Assembly (NCBI RefSeq): GCF_036365525.1
Contig: NC_090415.1
Span: 13,268,001-13,332,000 of the forward strand
Length of the DNA: 64,000 nucleotides
Reading direction: 5' to 3'
DNA from: Heterodontus francisci
Taxonomy: Eukaryota
Each line of letters begins with the position of its first letter. The stretch's first letter is position 1. Below, one piece after another: positions 39,845 to 52,119 of this stretch. The notes beneath the pieces are model-generated. The model saw nothing but the letters and a program-made list of their open reading frames with translations, did not search any database and was not told where the DNA came from. Both the position numbers and the translations under genes were made by a program.

Positions 39845-42600
39845 TGTCATTGAGTTATACAGCACAGAAACAGGCCCTTTGGCCCACCGTGTCTTTGCCT
39901 CCCATCAAGCATGAATCTATTCGAATCACATTTTCCAGCACTTGGCCCATAGTCTTGTATGCTATGACGTTTCACGTGTTCATCGACATCCTTCTCAAAT
40001 GCTATGAGGGGTCCTGCCTCTACCAGCCCTTCAGGTAGTGTGTTCCAGATTCCAACCACACTCTGCGTGAAATATTTTCTCCTCAAGTCCGCTCTAAACC
40101 TGCTGCCCATGACTTAAACCTATCTCCCCTGGTTGTTGATCCCTCCACTGAGGGAACGTTTTCTTCCGATCTGTACTATCAATGTCCCGTGTAATTTTGT
40201 ATACCTCAATCAGTTCCCCCCTCAGCCTTCTCTGCTCCAAGGAAAACAACCCTAGCCTATCCAGTCTCTCTTCATAACTGAAATGCCACAGCCCAGGAAA
40301 CATCCTGGTAAATCTCCTCTGCACGCTCTCCATTGCAATCACATCCTTCCTTTGGTGAGTTGACCAGAACTGTACACAGTACTCCAGCTGTGGCCTAACT
40401 AGCATTTCATTCAGCTCCCTCATAACCTCCCTGCTCTTATATTCTATGCCTCGGCTAATAAAGACAAGTATCCCATATGCCTTCCTAACCACCTTATCTA
40501 CCCGTGCTTCTGCCTTTAGTGATCTATGGACAAGTACACCAATGTCCCTCAGACCCTCTGTACATCTTAGGATCTGGCCATTCATTGTATATTCTCTTGC
40601 CTTGTTAGGCCTCCCAAAATGCATCACCTCACATTTTCGCACTTCTCTGGATTAAATTCCATTTGCCACTGCTCCACCCATCTTACCAACCCATCGATAT
40701 CATCCTGTAATCTAAGGCTTTCCTCCTCACTATTTATGACACCAATTTTCGTGTCATCTGCGAACTTACTGATTATATCTACTACATTCACGTCTAAATC
40801 ATTCATGTACACTACAAACAGCAATGGTCCCAGCACCGATCACTGTGGTACACCACTGGTCACAAACTTTAACTCACAAAAACAACGCTCGACCATCACC
40901 CTCTGCTTCCTGCCACTAAGCCAATTCTGAATCCAATTTGCCAAATTGGCCTGGATCCCATGGGCTCTTACCTTCTTAACCAATCTCCCATGTGGGACCT
41001 TATCTGAAGCCTTACTGAAGTCCATGTAGATAACATCAACTGCCTTACCCTCATCTACACATCGAGTCACCTCCTCAAAAAATTCAATCAAGTTTGTTAG
41101 ACACGAATTTTTTTTCAAGTCACCTCCTCACTCTGCTTATTAAATATTTTTATTAAGTACCACCTCCCCCCCTACTCCCCGACATTTTCTATACTCCTCT
41201 GGCCTCCGCTGTTTTCTGCCCTAAGCCTCTTTTTTTTTTTCCTTCTCCAATCCTCTATATCCCTTGACATCCAGGGTTCCCTGGATTTGTTGGTCCTACG
41301 CTTCACCTTTATGGGAACATGTTGACCCTGAACTCTCATTATTTCCTTTTTGAATGACTCCGACTGGTCTGATGTAGACTTTCCTATAAGTAGCTTCTCG
41401 CAGTCCACTTTGGCCAGATCCTGTTTTATCACATTGAAATCAGTCTTCCCCAAATTGAGTACATTTATTTCTGGTACCTCTTTGTCCTTTTCCATAACTA
41501 CCTTAAATATTACAGAGTTATGGCCACTATCCCCGAAATGCTCCCCCACTGACACTCCTCCCACTTGTCTGGCTTCACTCCCTGGGATTAGGTCGAGCAC
41601 GGCTCCTTCTTTTGTAGGACTTTCTACCTGCTGGCTCAAAAAGATCTCCTGTATGCACTTTCAGAATTCTGCCTCCTTTAAGCCATTTGCACTGAGACGA
41701 TCCCAGTTGATAGTGGGTAAGTTGAAATCCCCTACAATTATTACCCTATTATTTTTACACCTCTCTGAGATTTGCCTACATATCTGCTCCTCTATCTCTC
41801 ACTGACTGTTTGGAGGCGTGTCGTACACTCCCAGCCAAGTGATTGCCCCCCTTTTTGTATTTATGTTCTAAACATATGGATCATTTGAGGAATCTTCTAA
41901 GATATCATCCCTCCTTATACAGTAATTGACTCCTTGATCAACAGTGCACTGCCACCTCCTATTTTATACCCTCCCCTGTCATGCCTTAAGATTCTATACC
42001 CTGGAATATTGAGCTACCAGTCCTGCCCTTCCCTCAACCATGTCTCCGTGAAAACAATAATATCATATTCCCATGTGTTAATAAATGGCCTCAATTCATC
42101 TGCCTTACTAGTAAGATTCCTTGTGTTAAAATAGATGCAATCCAGCCTTGCATTGTTAGTTTGTGTCTGAACATGTCTGCATTTTCTCTGCCTTCCAGAC
42201 TGACTCAGTTTCTCTTCTATATTTGACTGTACATCAACCCTGACTGCACGTCCCCTCTGTATCCCACCCCCTTGCCAAATTAGTTTACAACCACCACCCA
42301 CCCCCCTCACCCCCCTCCCCCAAAAGCACGTGCAAACCTCCCAGCAAGGCTGTTGGTCCCGATCCAGTTCAGGTGCAATCTGTCCAACTTGTACAATTCC
42401 CACCTTGGCCAGAAACAGACCCAGTGATCCAGGAAATTAAAGCCCTCCCTCCTGCACTATCTCTTCAGCCACACATTCATCTGCTCTATCCTCCTATTCC
42501 TATACTCACCTGCACGTGGCAGCGGGGGTAATCCAGCGATTACAACCTTTGTGGACCCCTTTTCTTTAATCTGCTACCTTGCTTTTGAAGTTCATGTTGC
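39845..42600 (-). mobile_element. CR1 LINE (ORF1 end, EN, internally deleted ORF2, 3' UTR)
   Basis: YDIIVFTETWL, FGDSGHN, ISKFADDTKIG, VRPQLEYCVQFW translations. Confidence 0.9.
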
Positions 42601-43369
42601 ATGACCTCATCCCTCTTTGTACCTGTCAGTTTCTGGTATGGAATAAAGATCTTTACTCTGTACCTGCTAGTTGCTGGCAAGTGATTGTGGCATCAATCCA
42701 TATCTGTCAGAGTGTGATGTTACTTCAGATTTTACTCTTCAGCTGTCAGTTTCTGACATGTGAATATGGATTTTCCTCATTCTGGTCACTTACTGCAATG
42801 TCAGCCACTCCTTTATTCTGTGCCTGTCAGTTTCAGGTCTGGAAGAAAGATTTTTTTTCATTACCTTTTATAATCTGGCAAGTGAATGTGAGATCACCCT
42901 GTATCTGTCAGTTTGTGACATATTACTGTAACTTTTCCTCTTCACTTGTCAGTTTCTGATACGTGAATGTGTATTTTATTCTGGGTACCTGTCAGATATT
43001 AAAATGCAAGTATGTATTCTATTCTGTTCTTGTTTGTTACTTGTAATTCATTGGAGTGTTTACTCTTGATCTGTCACTCTCTGGAATGTGAATGTGGCTC
43101 TTACTCTGTGTCTGTCTGTGTTGGATTTGCCAGCAAGTGTTTTTCTTTGCCTTTCTGTTCCTGATATGTGAATGTGAATTTTACTATGTACCTCTCAGTT
43201 ACTGGTATGTGATCGTGGTTTTATTCTGTCTCCACGAGCCTATGATTAATGATTGCAGCTTGTGTCCAAGGCATGTCAGTATCTTGTTTGCACATGCCCA
43301 TTCTTATGTGCATGTTGCTTTATGGGAAATGACTATAGGATTTACTCTTTCTTCTGCCATATTACTTCT

Positions 43370-43850
43370 ATGGCTTCAAGGGCTGGTCAGAGTCTGGGAA
43401 TTCTGTGATGAGCAACTCATGTCCTAACTTCCCAAAGTCTTTCCACCACCGACAAGCCACAAGTCAGAATTCTGATGGATTACTCTCCATTTGCTTGGTT
43501 GAATGCAGCTCTAAAAACACTGAAGAAGCTTGATACCATCCAGGACAAATCAGCAGGCTTGATTATCTTACCATTCACCAGGTTATGCATTTACTCCCTC
43601 CACCACCAGTGCACAGTGTGTCCCATCTAAAAGATGTACTGCATCAACCTGAGGAAGTACCGTACAACAGCACCTTCCAAACTCATGACATCTGCTACTG
43701 ACTGGAACATGGGCAGCAAGCTTATAAGAACATTACCACCTGCAATTTCATCTCTAGTTTGCACAACATCCTGACTTCAAAATATAACACCATTCCTTCA
43801 TCATCGCTCAGCCCAAATTCTGGAACCTCCTGCCGAACACCACTTTTATG
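43370..43850 (+). mobile_element. 3' fragment of the second LINE family (as at 7700-8200)
   Basis: Similar to 7730-8210 (ctgaagaagcttgataccatccaggacaaa; actccctccaccacc). Confidence 0.75.
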
Positions 43851-44284
43851 AATGACATTCATTCTGTAGCTGTTCATCAATGGTACAGTCTGAGTGTAGA
43901 ACGTATTCTGCATCTGCCACTCTGAAAGACAGGATCTGTCTGTTTATATTTTAGGAACAATGAAGGATCTCTTACACACCTAGATCTGTCCAAATATCTG
44001 TCCCTCTTTGTATGGTATGTGTGTGAGGGATTCATTCTTTATCTCAGAATGTGGAATGTGACTATATTTATCTCTGTCACTTACTGATTATGTGCATGTG
44101 CACTTTTCACTCTATCTGCCAGCTTCTGATGTGAGTGGATTTTTTTAATGTACCTTTCATTTACTGATGAATTGAACGGTGGTTTTGGTTTGAATCGCTC
44201 ACTTTCTGTTACGTGAATATGAGTATTCCTTCGTACTTGTCAATTACTGGTATTGAAGTAAGATCTTTAAACTGCACCTAATAC

Positions 44285-44513
44285 AAAGCAAAATACTGTT
44301 AATGCTGGAAATAAAAGCAGAAAATTCAGTAAATACACAGCAGGACTGCCAGCATCTGTGGAGACAGAAACAGAGTTAGCCTTTCAAGTCAATGACCTTT
44401 CATCAGAAAGGTCTGTCCTGATCAAAGGTCATTGACCTGAAATGTGAACTGAATTTCTCTCTCCACAGGTGCTGCCAGACTTGCAGAGTATTTCCAGCAT
44501 TTTCCATTTTCAT
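44285..44513. mobile_element. Head-to-head inverted pair of hammerhead-core elements (degenerate)
   Basis: Minus-strand CTGATGAaaggtcattgacttGAAA (44406->44382) and plus-strand CTGATCAaaggtcattgacctGAAA (44418->44442), each followed by the element body. Confidence 0.7.
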
Positions 44514-45409
44514 TTACACTGTACATGGAGATGTACATTTTCTGGCAAGTGAATGTGGGATCAATATTTAACCTTTCAGTTCTGATATGCAAATGAGGAT
44601 TTGACCCAGCATGTTGTCAGGTCCTGCAGTGCAATTATCTGATTTATTCTGTAACTTTATGATTGTGGTAATTGATTGTGGGTTTGACCCTCCATCTACC
44701 AGTCTCTGGAATGTGAATGTGGCTATTACTCTGTATTTATCTGTGTACAATTTGTGAGTGTGTGTTTTGCTCTCCGTGTCTGTTTCTGACATGTAAATGT
44801 GGATTTTGCTATGTACCTCAGTTACTTTATGTGTATGTGCTTTATTCTGTTTCTGTCCATCTGTGGTGAGCTTCACATTTTCCCTGTACCTATCAGCATC
44901 ACACTTCTTTGTATGGCCATTATTCTGCACTTGTTGGTTTATGGTAGTGCTTGAATTACTCTTTCCCTCTCATTCCCTGATATGCTACTGTAAATTTTCC
45001 TCTTCACTTGTCAGATTCCACTCTGTGATAATGTTGTTTCACTGTCTGTCTGCGTCTGGTATGCTATTGTAAGATTTACTGTGTGCCCATCAGCTTCTGG
45101 TATTTAAGTATGAAGTTCACATTGTAACATTCAATTTGATCTGTGTGAATCTGCTTCTGCCTTGAACTGACAGTTTCTATTCTGTGAGTGTACATTTACA
45201 AGTGTGCTTGTTAATTTCTGCGAAATAACTGTTAGTTTTACTCTGTGCATGTCAGTCGCTGCAATGGGAAGATGGGAAAGGTTTTTAATTCTGAAAATGG
45301 CTATTACTGATAAGTGAGTGTGGGTTTTACTCTGTAACCCTCATTCTCTGGTATTTGAGTTTGTGTCTTTTTCTTCCGGTTAGCTGTTACGCTCACTTCT
45401 CTGAATTAA

Positions 45410-48330
45410 ACCTCCTTTGAACCGCCTCCAACACATTTACTTCCTTCCTTAAAGAAGGAGACCAAAACTGCACACAGTATTCTAGATGTGGTCTCACCAA
45501 TGACCTGTATAATTGAAGTATAACAGGCTTATTGTCATTTTCAATTCCTCTCATAATAATGGATAGCATTCCATTTGCCTTCTTTATGTCTTGCTGTAAC
45601 TGCACACTAACATTTTTGACTCATGCACCAGAACACCTAGATCCCTCTGCACCCCAGAATTCTGCAGTCACGCGACACTGATGTATCTTTTGATCTTCCT
45701 GACAAAGTGAACAACTTCACATTTTCTCACATTGTACATCATCTGCCAGATTTCTGCCCTGTCACTCAACCTATCTATATTAATCTGCAACCTCCTTATG
45801 TCCTCTTCACAACATACTTTCCTACCTATCTTTGTTTCATCTGCAAATTTAGCTGCCATGTCATCGCTCCCCTCTTCTAAATCATTGATATAAATTGTAA
45901 AAAGTGGAGATCCCAGCACACGTCACATCCTGCCAATCAGAAAAGGACCCATTTTTGCATTCTCTGTTTTCTGCCAGCCAGTCAATCTTCTATCCATGCC
46001 AATATGTTACCCACTACACCATGAGCTCATACATTGCACAATAACCTTTTATGTGGCACCTTGTCAAATACCTTCTGGAAATCCAAGTACTTTATGTCAA
46101 AGGGTTCCCCTTTATCCACAGTGCATGTTAGTCCTTCAAAGAACTTCAATAAATCAGTTAAACATGATTTCCTCTTCACAAAACCATGCTGAATATTCCT
46201 GATGACCTTGTGTTTTTCAAAATGCCCAGCTATAGCCTCCTCATTGAGCAATTCTACCACCTTCCTGATCACAGGGGTTAAGCTATAGGGGTCTATAGTT
46301 ACCCTGATGAAGGGTCACTGACCTGAAATGTTAACTCTGCATCTCTCTCCACAGATGCTGCCAGACCTGCTGAGTATTTCCCACATATATTGTTTTTATT
46401 TCAAATTTCCAGCATCTGCAGTATTTTGCTTTAAGATTACTATAGTTACCCTTTCTCTGCCTCCCTACCTTCTCGAATAGAGGGGTTATATTTTCTACAG
46501 TCCAGTCTGAAGCAACCTTTCCAGAATCTTGTGAATTTTGAAAAATTAACACCCACAAATCTATTACTTCAGTAGCCACCATTTTAAGACACTAGGATGA
46601 ACACCAACAGGACCCAGGGACTTGTCAGCCCACAGCTCCATCAGTTTACTCAGTGCTGCTTCCCTGGTGATTGTAATTTCAACAAGTTCCTCTCTTCCAT
46701 CCACCTCTTGATTTACAGCTATTACGGGAATGATTTTTGTCTCCGCTATTGTTAAGACAGAAGGAATTTTTTTATTCATTTCTTCTGCCATTTTCTTATT
46801 ACCAAACGTTAACTCCCAATTTTCATTCCATAGAGGACCAACACTCAATTTACTTAAACTTTTCCTTTTCAAATACCTGCAGAAACCCTTGCTATCCATT
46901 ATTACATTTCTAGCTAGCTTACTCCCATGCTCTAATTTCTTTTCTCCTGATTAACCTTTGGTCAGAATGTATAGAATGGCACAGAATGACTCAATCATCT
47001 GACCTGTCATTCATCTTTGCACAATTCTCTGCCTTTTCATTTAGGTTGATGCCTTCCTTAACTTCTTTAATCAACCATGGATTGGGGTTCCTCCCCTTGG
47101 AATTATTCTTTATAGTAGGGATATACTTATTTTAAGTATTCTGAAATATCCACTTAAATGTCTGCCACTGCTTCTCAATTGAACTATCTCCTGGCCCAGT
47201 AACCCAGTTCACTTCAGCTAGCTCAGCTTTTATGCCCACATAGTTGTCCTTATTTAAGTTTCCAATACTAGTCTTAGACACACTCCTCTCACTTTTAAAC
47301 TGGATGCAAACTTCAGTCACATTGTGATCATTGCTACCAAGAGGTGCCTTTATCTGAGGTCATTAATTAATCCTGTCAAATTGAACAATACCCAGTCGAA
47401 AATAACCTGCTCGGCGGATGGTTCTGGAACATGCTGCTCGAAGAAACGATCTCGAAAGCACTCTATGAACTCCTCATACAGGCTTCTATTACCAATCTGA
47501 TTTTTTCCAGTTTATATGTTGATTAAAATCACCCATGATTATTTCCATCCCTTTATCACAAGCACCCATTAGTTATTCTTGAAGACTTCATCCTACATTG
47601 TGATTACTGTCTGGGGGCCTGTCGACGACTCCCATGAGTGCCTTTTCCTCCGACTATTCCTCATCTCCAGCCAAACCGATTCTACATCCTGATCTCCTGA
47701 ACCAAGGTCAGGTCTAACTATTGCAACAATACGATCCTTGATTAACAGTGCCAAACATCCACCTTTACCTCGCTTCCTATTCTTCTTGAATGTTATATAT
47801 CCATCAATATTGAGGACCCAATCCTTGTCATCCTTCAACCATGTCTCCATAATGGCTATGAGATCATATTTATTTACTTCAACATGTGCTATCAGTTCCT
47901 CTACTTTGTTATGAACGCTACGTGCATTCAGATAAAGAGCCTTTGGTTTAACCTTTTTGTTATCTTTGTCACATCTAGTGTTGACTGTCGGTCTGCTCTT
48001 AGGTTTTTTTTCTCTTTGCCCCTTCCTGCCATTCACTGGCCTTCATTTCCCCTGTTACTATTGTGTTCTCCTGCCCTGACTCTAACCCTTGATTTGTTAC
48101 ATCTACTAAAGCTTGATCCCTCTACCCTTTTGTTTAGATCAAATACCTCTCTACATCCCGAGTTATATGGTTTTCTCGAACACTGGTCCCAGCTCAGTTC
48201 AGGTATAGACTGTCCGAATGGTACAGCCTCCACTTTCCCTAGTACTGGTGCCAGTGCCCCAGAAACTGAACCTGACTTCTCCCACACCAGTCTTGGCGGG
48301 TGTAAGTTTCACTGTATATCTCTCAATCCC
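45410..48330 (-). mobile_element. CR1 LINE, decayed, interrupted by a hammerhead element
   Basis: KFADETK, QHGFVKRKSCLT, YDLIAIMETWL translations. Confidence 0.9.
46304..46439 (+). mobile_element. Single ~135-bp hammerhead-core element with a target-site duplication
   Basis: Starts at CTGATGAagggtcactgacctGAAAtgttaactctgc. CTATAGTTACCCT occurs at 46293-46305 and 46440-46452, within a CR1 ORF2. Confidence 0.8.
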
Positions 48331-50050
48331 TAGTCTACAATTTACCTCTGTCAGTTTTGGATTTTGAGTGTGGCTTTATCTGTACCTGTCAGTTTGTTTT
48401 ATGTGAGAAACATCTTATTCAGTACCTTTCAGCTTCTTGTGTGTAAAAGTATCTGGGTTGTACTTTGTCCCCATCAGTACATGGTATGTGAGTGTGGATT
48501 TGACACTTAATATTACATTCTTGGGTGTATGAGTGAGTGTTCACAGTTTGTCTTTGATTGTCTAGTATGCCAATTTAAGGTTTGACTTGTGCCCTTAAAT
48601 GTCTCATGTGTAGCTGAGGCTTTTAACCTCTCTCTGTCACTGTCTGGTATAAGAGTAAGAGTTTCAGTCTGGTTTTTGAGTGTGGATTTTACACCACATC
48701 TCTCCATGCTCTCGGATGTGAATGTGATATTTAATCTGTGATGCCAGTTTCTGACATGTGGCTGTGTGGTTTACTTTGTACATTGTCATTCTCTGATATG
48801 TGACTGCCAATTTTATTCTGAACCTGTCTGTTTTTTATTTCTGTTTGTGTGAGTTTTAACCTGTATCTGTCAGTATCTGGTATATGAATCTTCTTAATTA
48901 TGTGCGTGTTGATCTGTATCTGTGAGGGTCTGAAGTGCAATTGTTAGGTTTTCTTTGTACCTGTCAGTGTCTCTTATGGATGAGAGACTTTCACTCGCTT
49001 AACTGTTAACTTCTTGCAATTCATTACGGATTTCACTCTGTGTCAGTCTCGGGTAGGTCAATGTGGGATTTTTACTGTATCTCCTAATTTCTGATATGTG
49101 AATGTAGATTTTAATGTGTACCTCTTGGTTTCTCCTATGTGAGTCTTTTTACAATCTGTTTCTGCCAGTTTCTCATATGTGAGGGTGGCATTTATTCTGT
49201 ACCTGTTACTTTCCGAAATGTGGGAAGAATTTACTCTTTCCCTGTCAGTTGCTGATATGTGAATGTGGGTTTATTCTGGATCTTTCTATCTTTGGAATTT
49301 GAGTCCATGCTTTACCCTATATCCGTTTGCTTCTGTTAAGTGAATGAGGGATTAAATCTGTTCCATTGTATATGAATGTAGTATGTGAGTGTCACACACT
49401 CTGGTATGTGAGTGTCAATTTTAAGCTGCACCAGTAAAGTTAAGGTAATATAGTGTGGTTTTATTCTGTATCTTTCAAAGTCTAGTGTGTGACATGTGGC
49501 CTTTCTCTGAATCTGTCGATTTCTGCTTTGTAACTGTACGTTTTAAACTGCAACATACAGTTCCTGATAGGTGTGTGAGCACATTTTCTTTTTTCTGCAG
49601 CTATCTATGTCTACTACAATGTCTATGTGTGTTATTCCTAGATTTCAATTTCTGTTATTGAAGAATTGATTTTCCTTTGTGCTTCTCAGTTTCTGCAATG
49701 TGTCCATGTCTGTTACTGGTAACTGTCTGTCTCTGTTAGGTGACTCTGGTGTTATTCTCTATCTGACAGTCTCTTGCCTGTGAGTGGTTTCATTTTTGTC
49801 TCTGTATCTGTCAGTTTCCTTTCTGTGGCTGAATGTTTTAATCTTTACTTAAACTATTTCATAATTTGTAAATGTGAATTTCACTTTGTGCCTGTCTGTT
49901 TGCTTTTATTTATTTTGTCAACATCAGTTTCAGGCATGTGAGGGTGAGATTCACTGTCTCCAGGATGCACCCTCTTGTGAGATTGACAGAGTGTCTTTTA
50001 ATCTGATAGTGGGTTCTGCTTTTGAACTTTACCTAACTTTCAGCAGTATT
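48330..50050. repeat. ~40-bp array, copy 2
   Basis: Colinear with 525-2440. Confidence 0.8.
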
Positions 50051-51374
50051 GATTTGGAATGGATTGGATACAATGTCTGTCTCTTCTGATTTGTTTGATT
50101 GCTGGATTGGAAATGTGTCTCTAAACTTAGGATCAGTGAAACTTTGACTACATCTGCTTCTTGTGACAATGCCATGAACTGAAGGCCTATGGGAGTGGTA
50201 CTGTACCTTGTCTGTGATGGAAGGAGCCGACTGCACTTGCCCTTGTGCCTGGGAATCATCACATTCATTCTGCTCCCTTGAACTATTTGCCTACAGAAAG
50301 GAAGACAACTATGTCTTGTAAGTCACGATCAGTTGAGTTGGAAGCTAGAAAAGAGATTAATGTAACATTTCAATTCATAATATTTATGACTAATCACAAA
50401 GGCAAACCAAAAATACAAAGAATATCACTGTCTGATTCCACTGCAGCTCTCAGTATCTGCTGACGAGGTGTCTTGGCAGTTTCACAGCAATTTTGGGACA
50501 TCCAGAAACAAGCCAACATCTACACTGCTCCAAGGTTGGAACAACCTGATGGAGCAGGGATATTTGTGCAGGTCAGGTTTCTATTTCCATCTGGCATTAT
50601 AATGTAATAACCTAAGAACTAGGAGCAGGAGTCAGCCATTCAGCCTCTCCAGCCTGATCCACCATTCAATAAAATCATGTCTGATTTGATCTTGGCTTCA
50701 GCTCCATTATCCTGCCTGGCTAAAAACCCATTACTCCCTTGTAGATAAAAAAACTCATCCTGGAATATATTTAATCATCAGCATCCACTGCTCTCTTACG
50801 TATAGAATTCCTTAGATTAATGACGCTTTGAGAGATGAAATTCTTCCTTACCTCCGTCTAAAATGGGAGACTCCTTATTCTGAAACTGTGCGGCGTGGTT
50901 CTTGATTCCCTCAAGAGGGGAGATATCTTTGCAGCATCTACTCTGTCAAGACCCCTCAGAATCTTACATTTTTTCGATAAGATTAGATCTGATTATTACA
51001 AACTCCAATGAGTGTAACACAACTTGCTCAACCTTTTGCTCATCACGCAACCTATTCATCGCAGGAAGCAACCGAACGAAACTTGCCTGAACTGCATCCG
51101 ATGCACGTATACATCCCTCATCAGCGCAGGAGACCACAACTGTATCCAGTAATCCAGGTGAGGTCTCAACAACACCCTGCAGAGTTGGAGAAAGACTTTC
51201 CTACATTTATATTCCATCCCCCTTGCAATAAATGCCAACAGTCCGGCTCTGTTTTCACTATTCACTTTTCAATAACAACAAACAGCGTGAAATAGGAGCT
51301 AAACCAGGGACAAGTATTACAGGATGAGGAGAGAAAACAGCCATGAATTTCAACAGCAGCTTCTTCACCTTTTG

Positions 51375-51740
51375 TCTCACTTACGCAGTGCACACGCAGC
51401 CCGAAAAATGCCTCTGCCTTCCGCCGCTCACTCCATGTTACAGGATCACTTCCTGCTTCACTCTGTCGCTTGCAAACAAATGACGTTCAGCAGCCGAGCT
51501 GGCGGAAAGGAGCGCATGCGTTCTCAAGGTTCGCAAGAATCAGCGGTGTGGGCGGGGCTATGCCGCGCATGCGCTTATTCGGCAAGGTTGTGAAAATCAA
51601 TAAAATCAATTGGAACTTTATCCAGTTGAGTTTTTTCACATTTTGAGCAATGAAACCGGGGCTGTGGGTAAGATAGTGATGTTTCCCTTCTGGGAGATTA
51701 CCCCTTTGTGAAGTTCAACTTGAGATTATTCTCTGCAGTA
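51375..51740. promoter_or_regulatory. Copy 2 of the putative bidirectional NRF1-motif promoter
   Basis: GCGCATGCG at ~51512 and ~51565, GC box at ~51550; splice donors retained. Confidence 0.55.
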
Positions 51741-52119
51741 TGCTTGCTGTCCTTCAGCCCGGCTTCTCAAAGCAATCCTCTGAGGGAGTCGGTGTGTTTG
51801 CTGGGATCGCGCAGGAGTTAATATCTGACAATAACAGTCCTACATTCATGTCAGCAGATTTAAACTGTCGGTCACTGAGAGTCATAGCGAACGGTTTGAG
51901 CTGAAAGATTGCAGAGAGCTCAACAGGGCAGAAACAAGTTAAATTTGGGACATTGTGTGCCTCACTTTCGGACACGTCCTCGGAATGTGAGATTAATAAT
52001 GTGGCTGCCTGTTGCACCATATCACTGAGAGATGAGTTTGTATCGTCGCTCTCCCCTGGCGGAACTTTCGAGATGAAACAAATCTTACAGTTCAGCCTAC
52101 AACTCAATAATTACAGGCT

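Larger units (their letters stand above)
42615..45395. repeat. ~40-bp array blocks, interrupted by a LINE fragment (43370-43850) and a hammerhead element
   Basis: Recurrent ctgtacctgtcagtttctg.tatgtgaatgtgg units. Confidence 0.75.
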
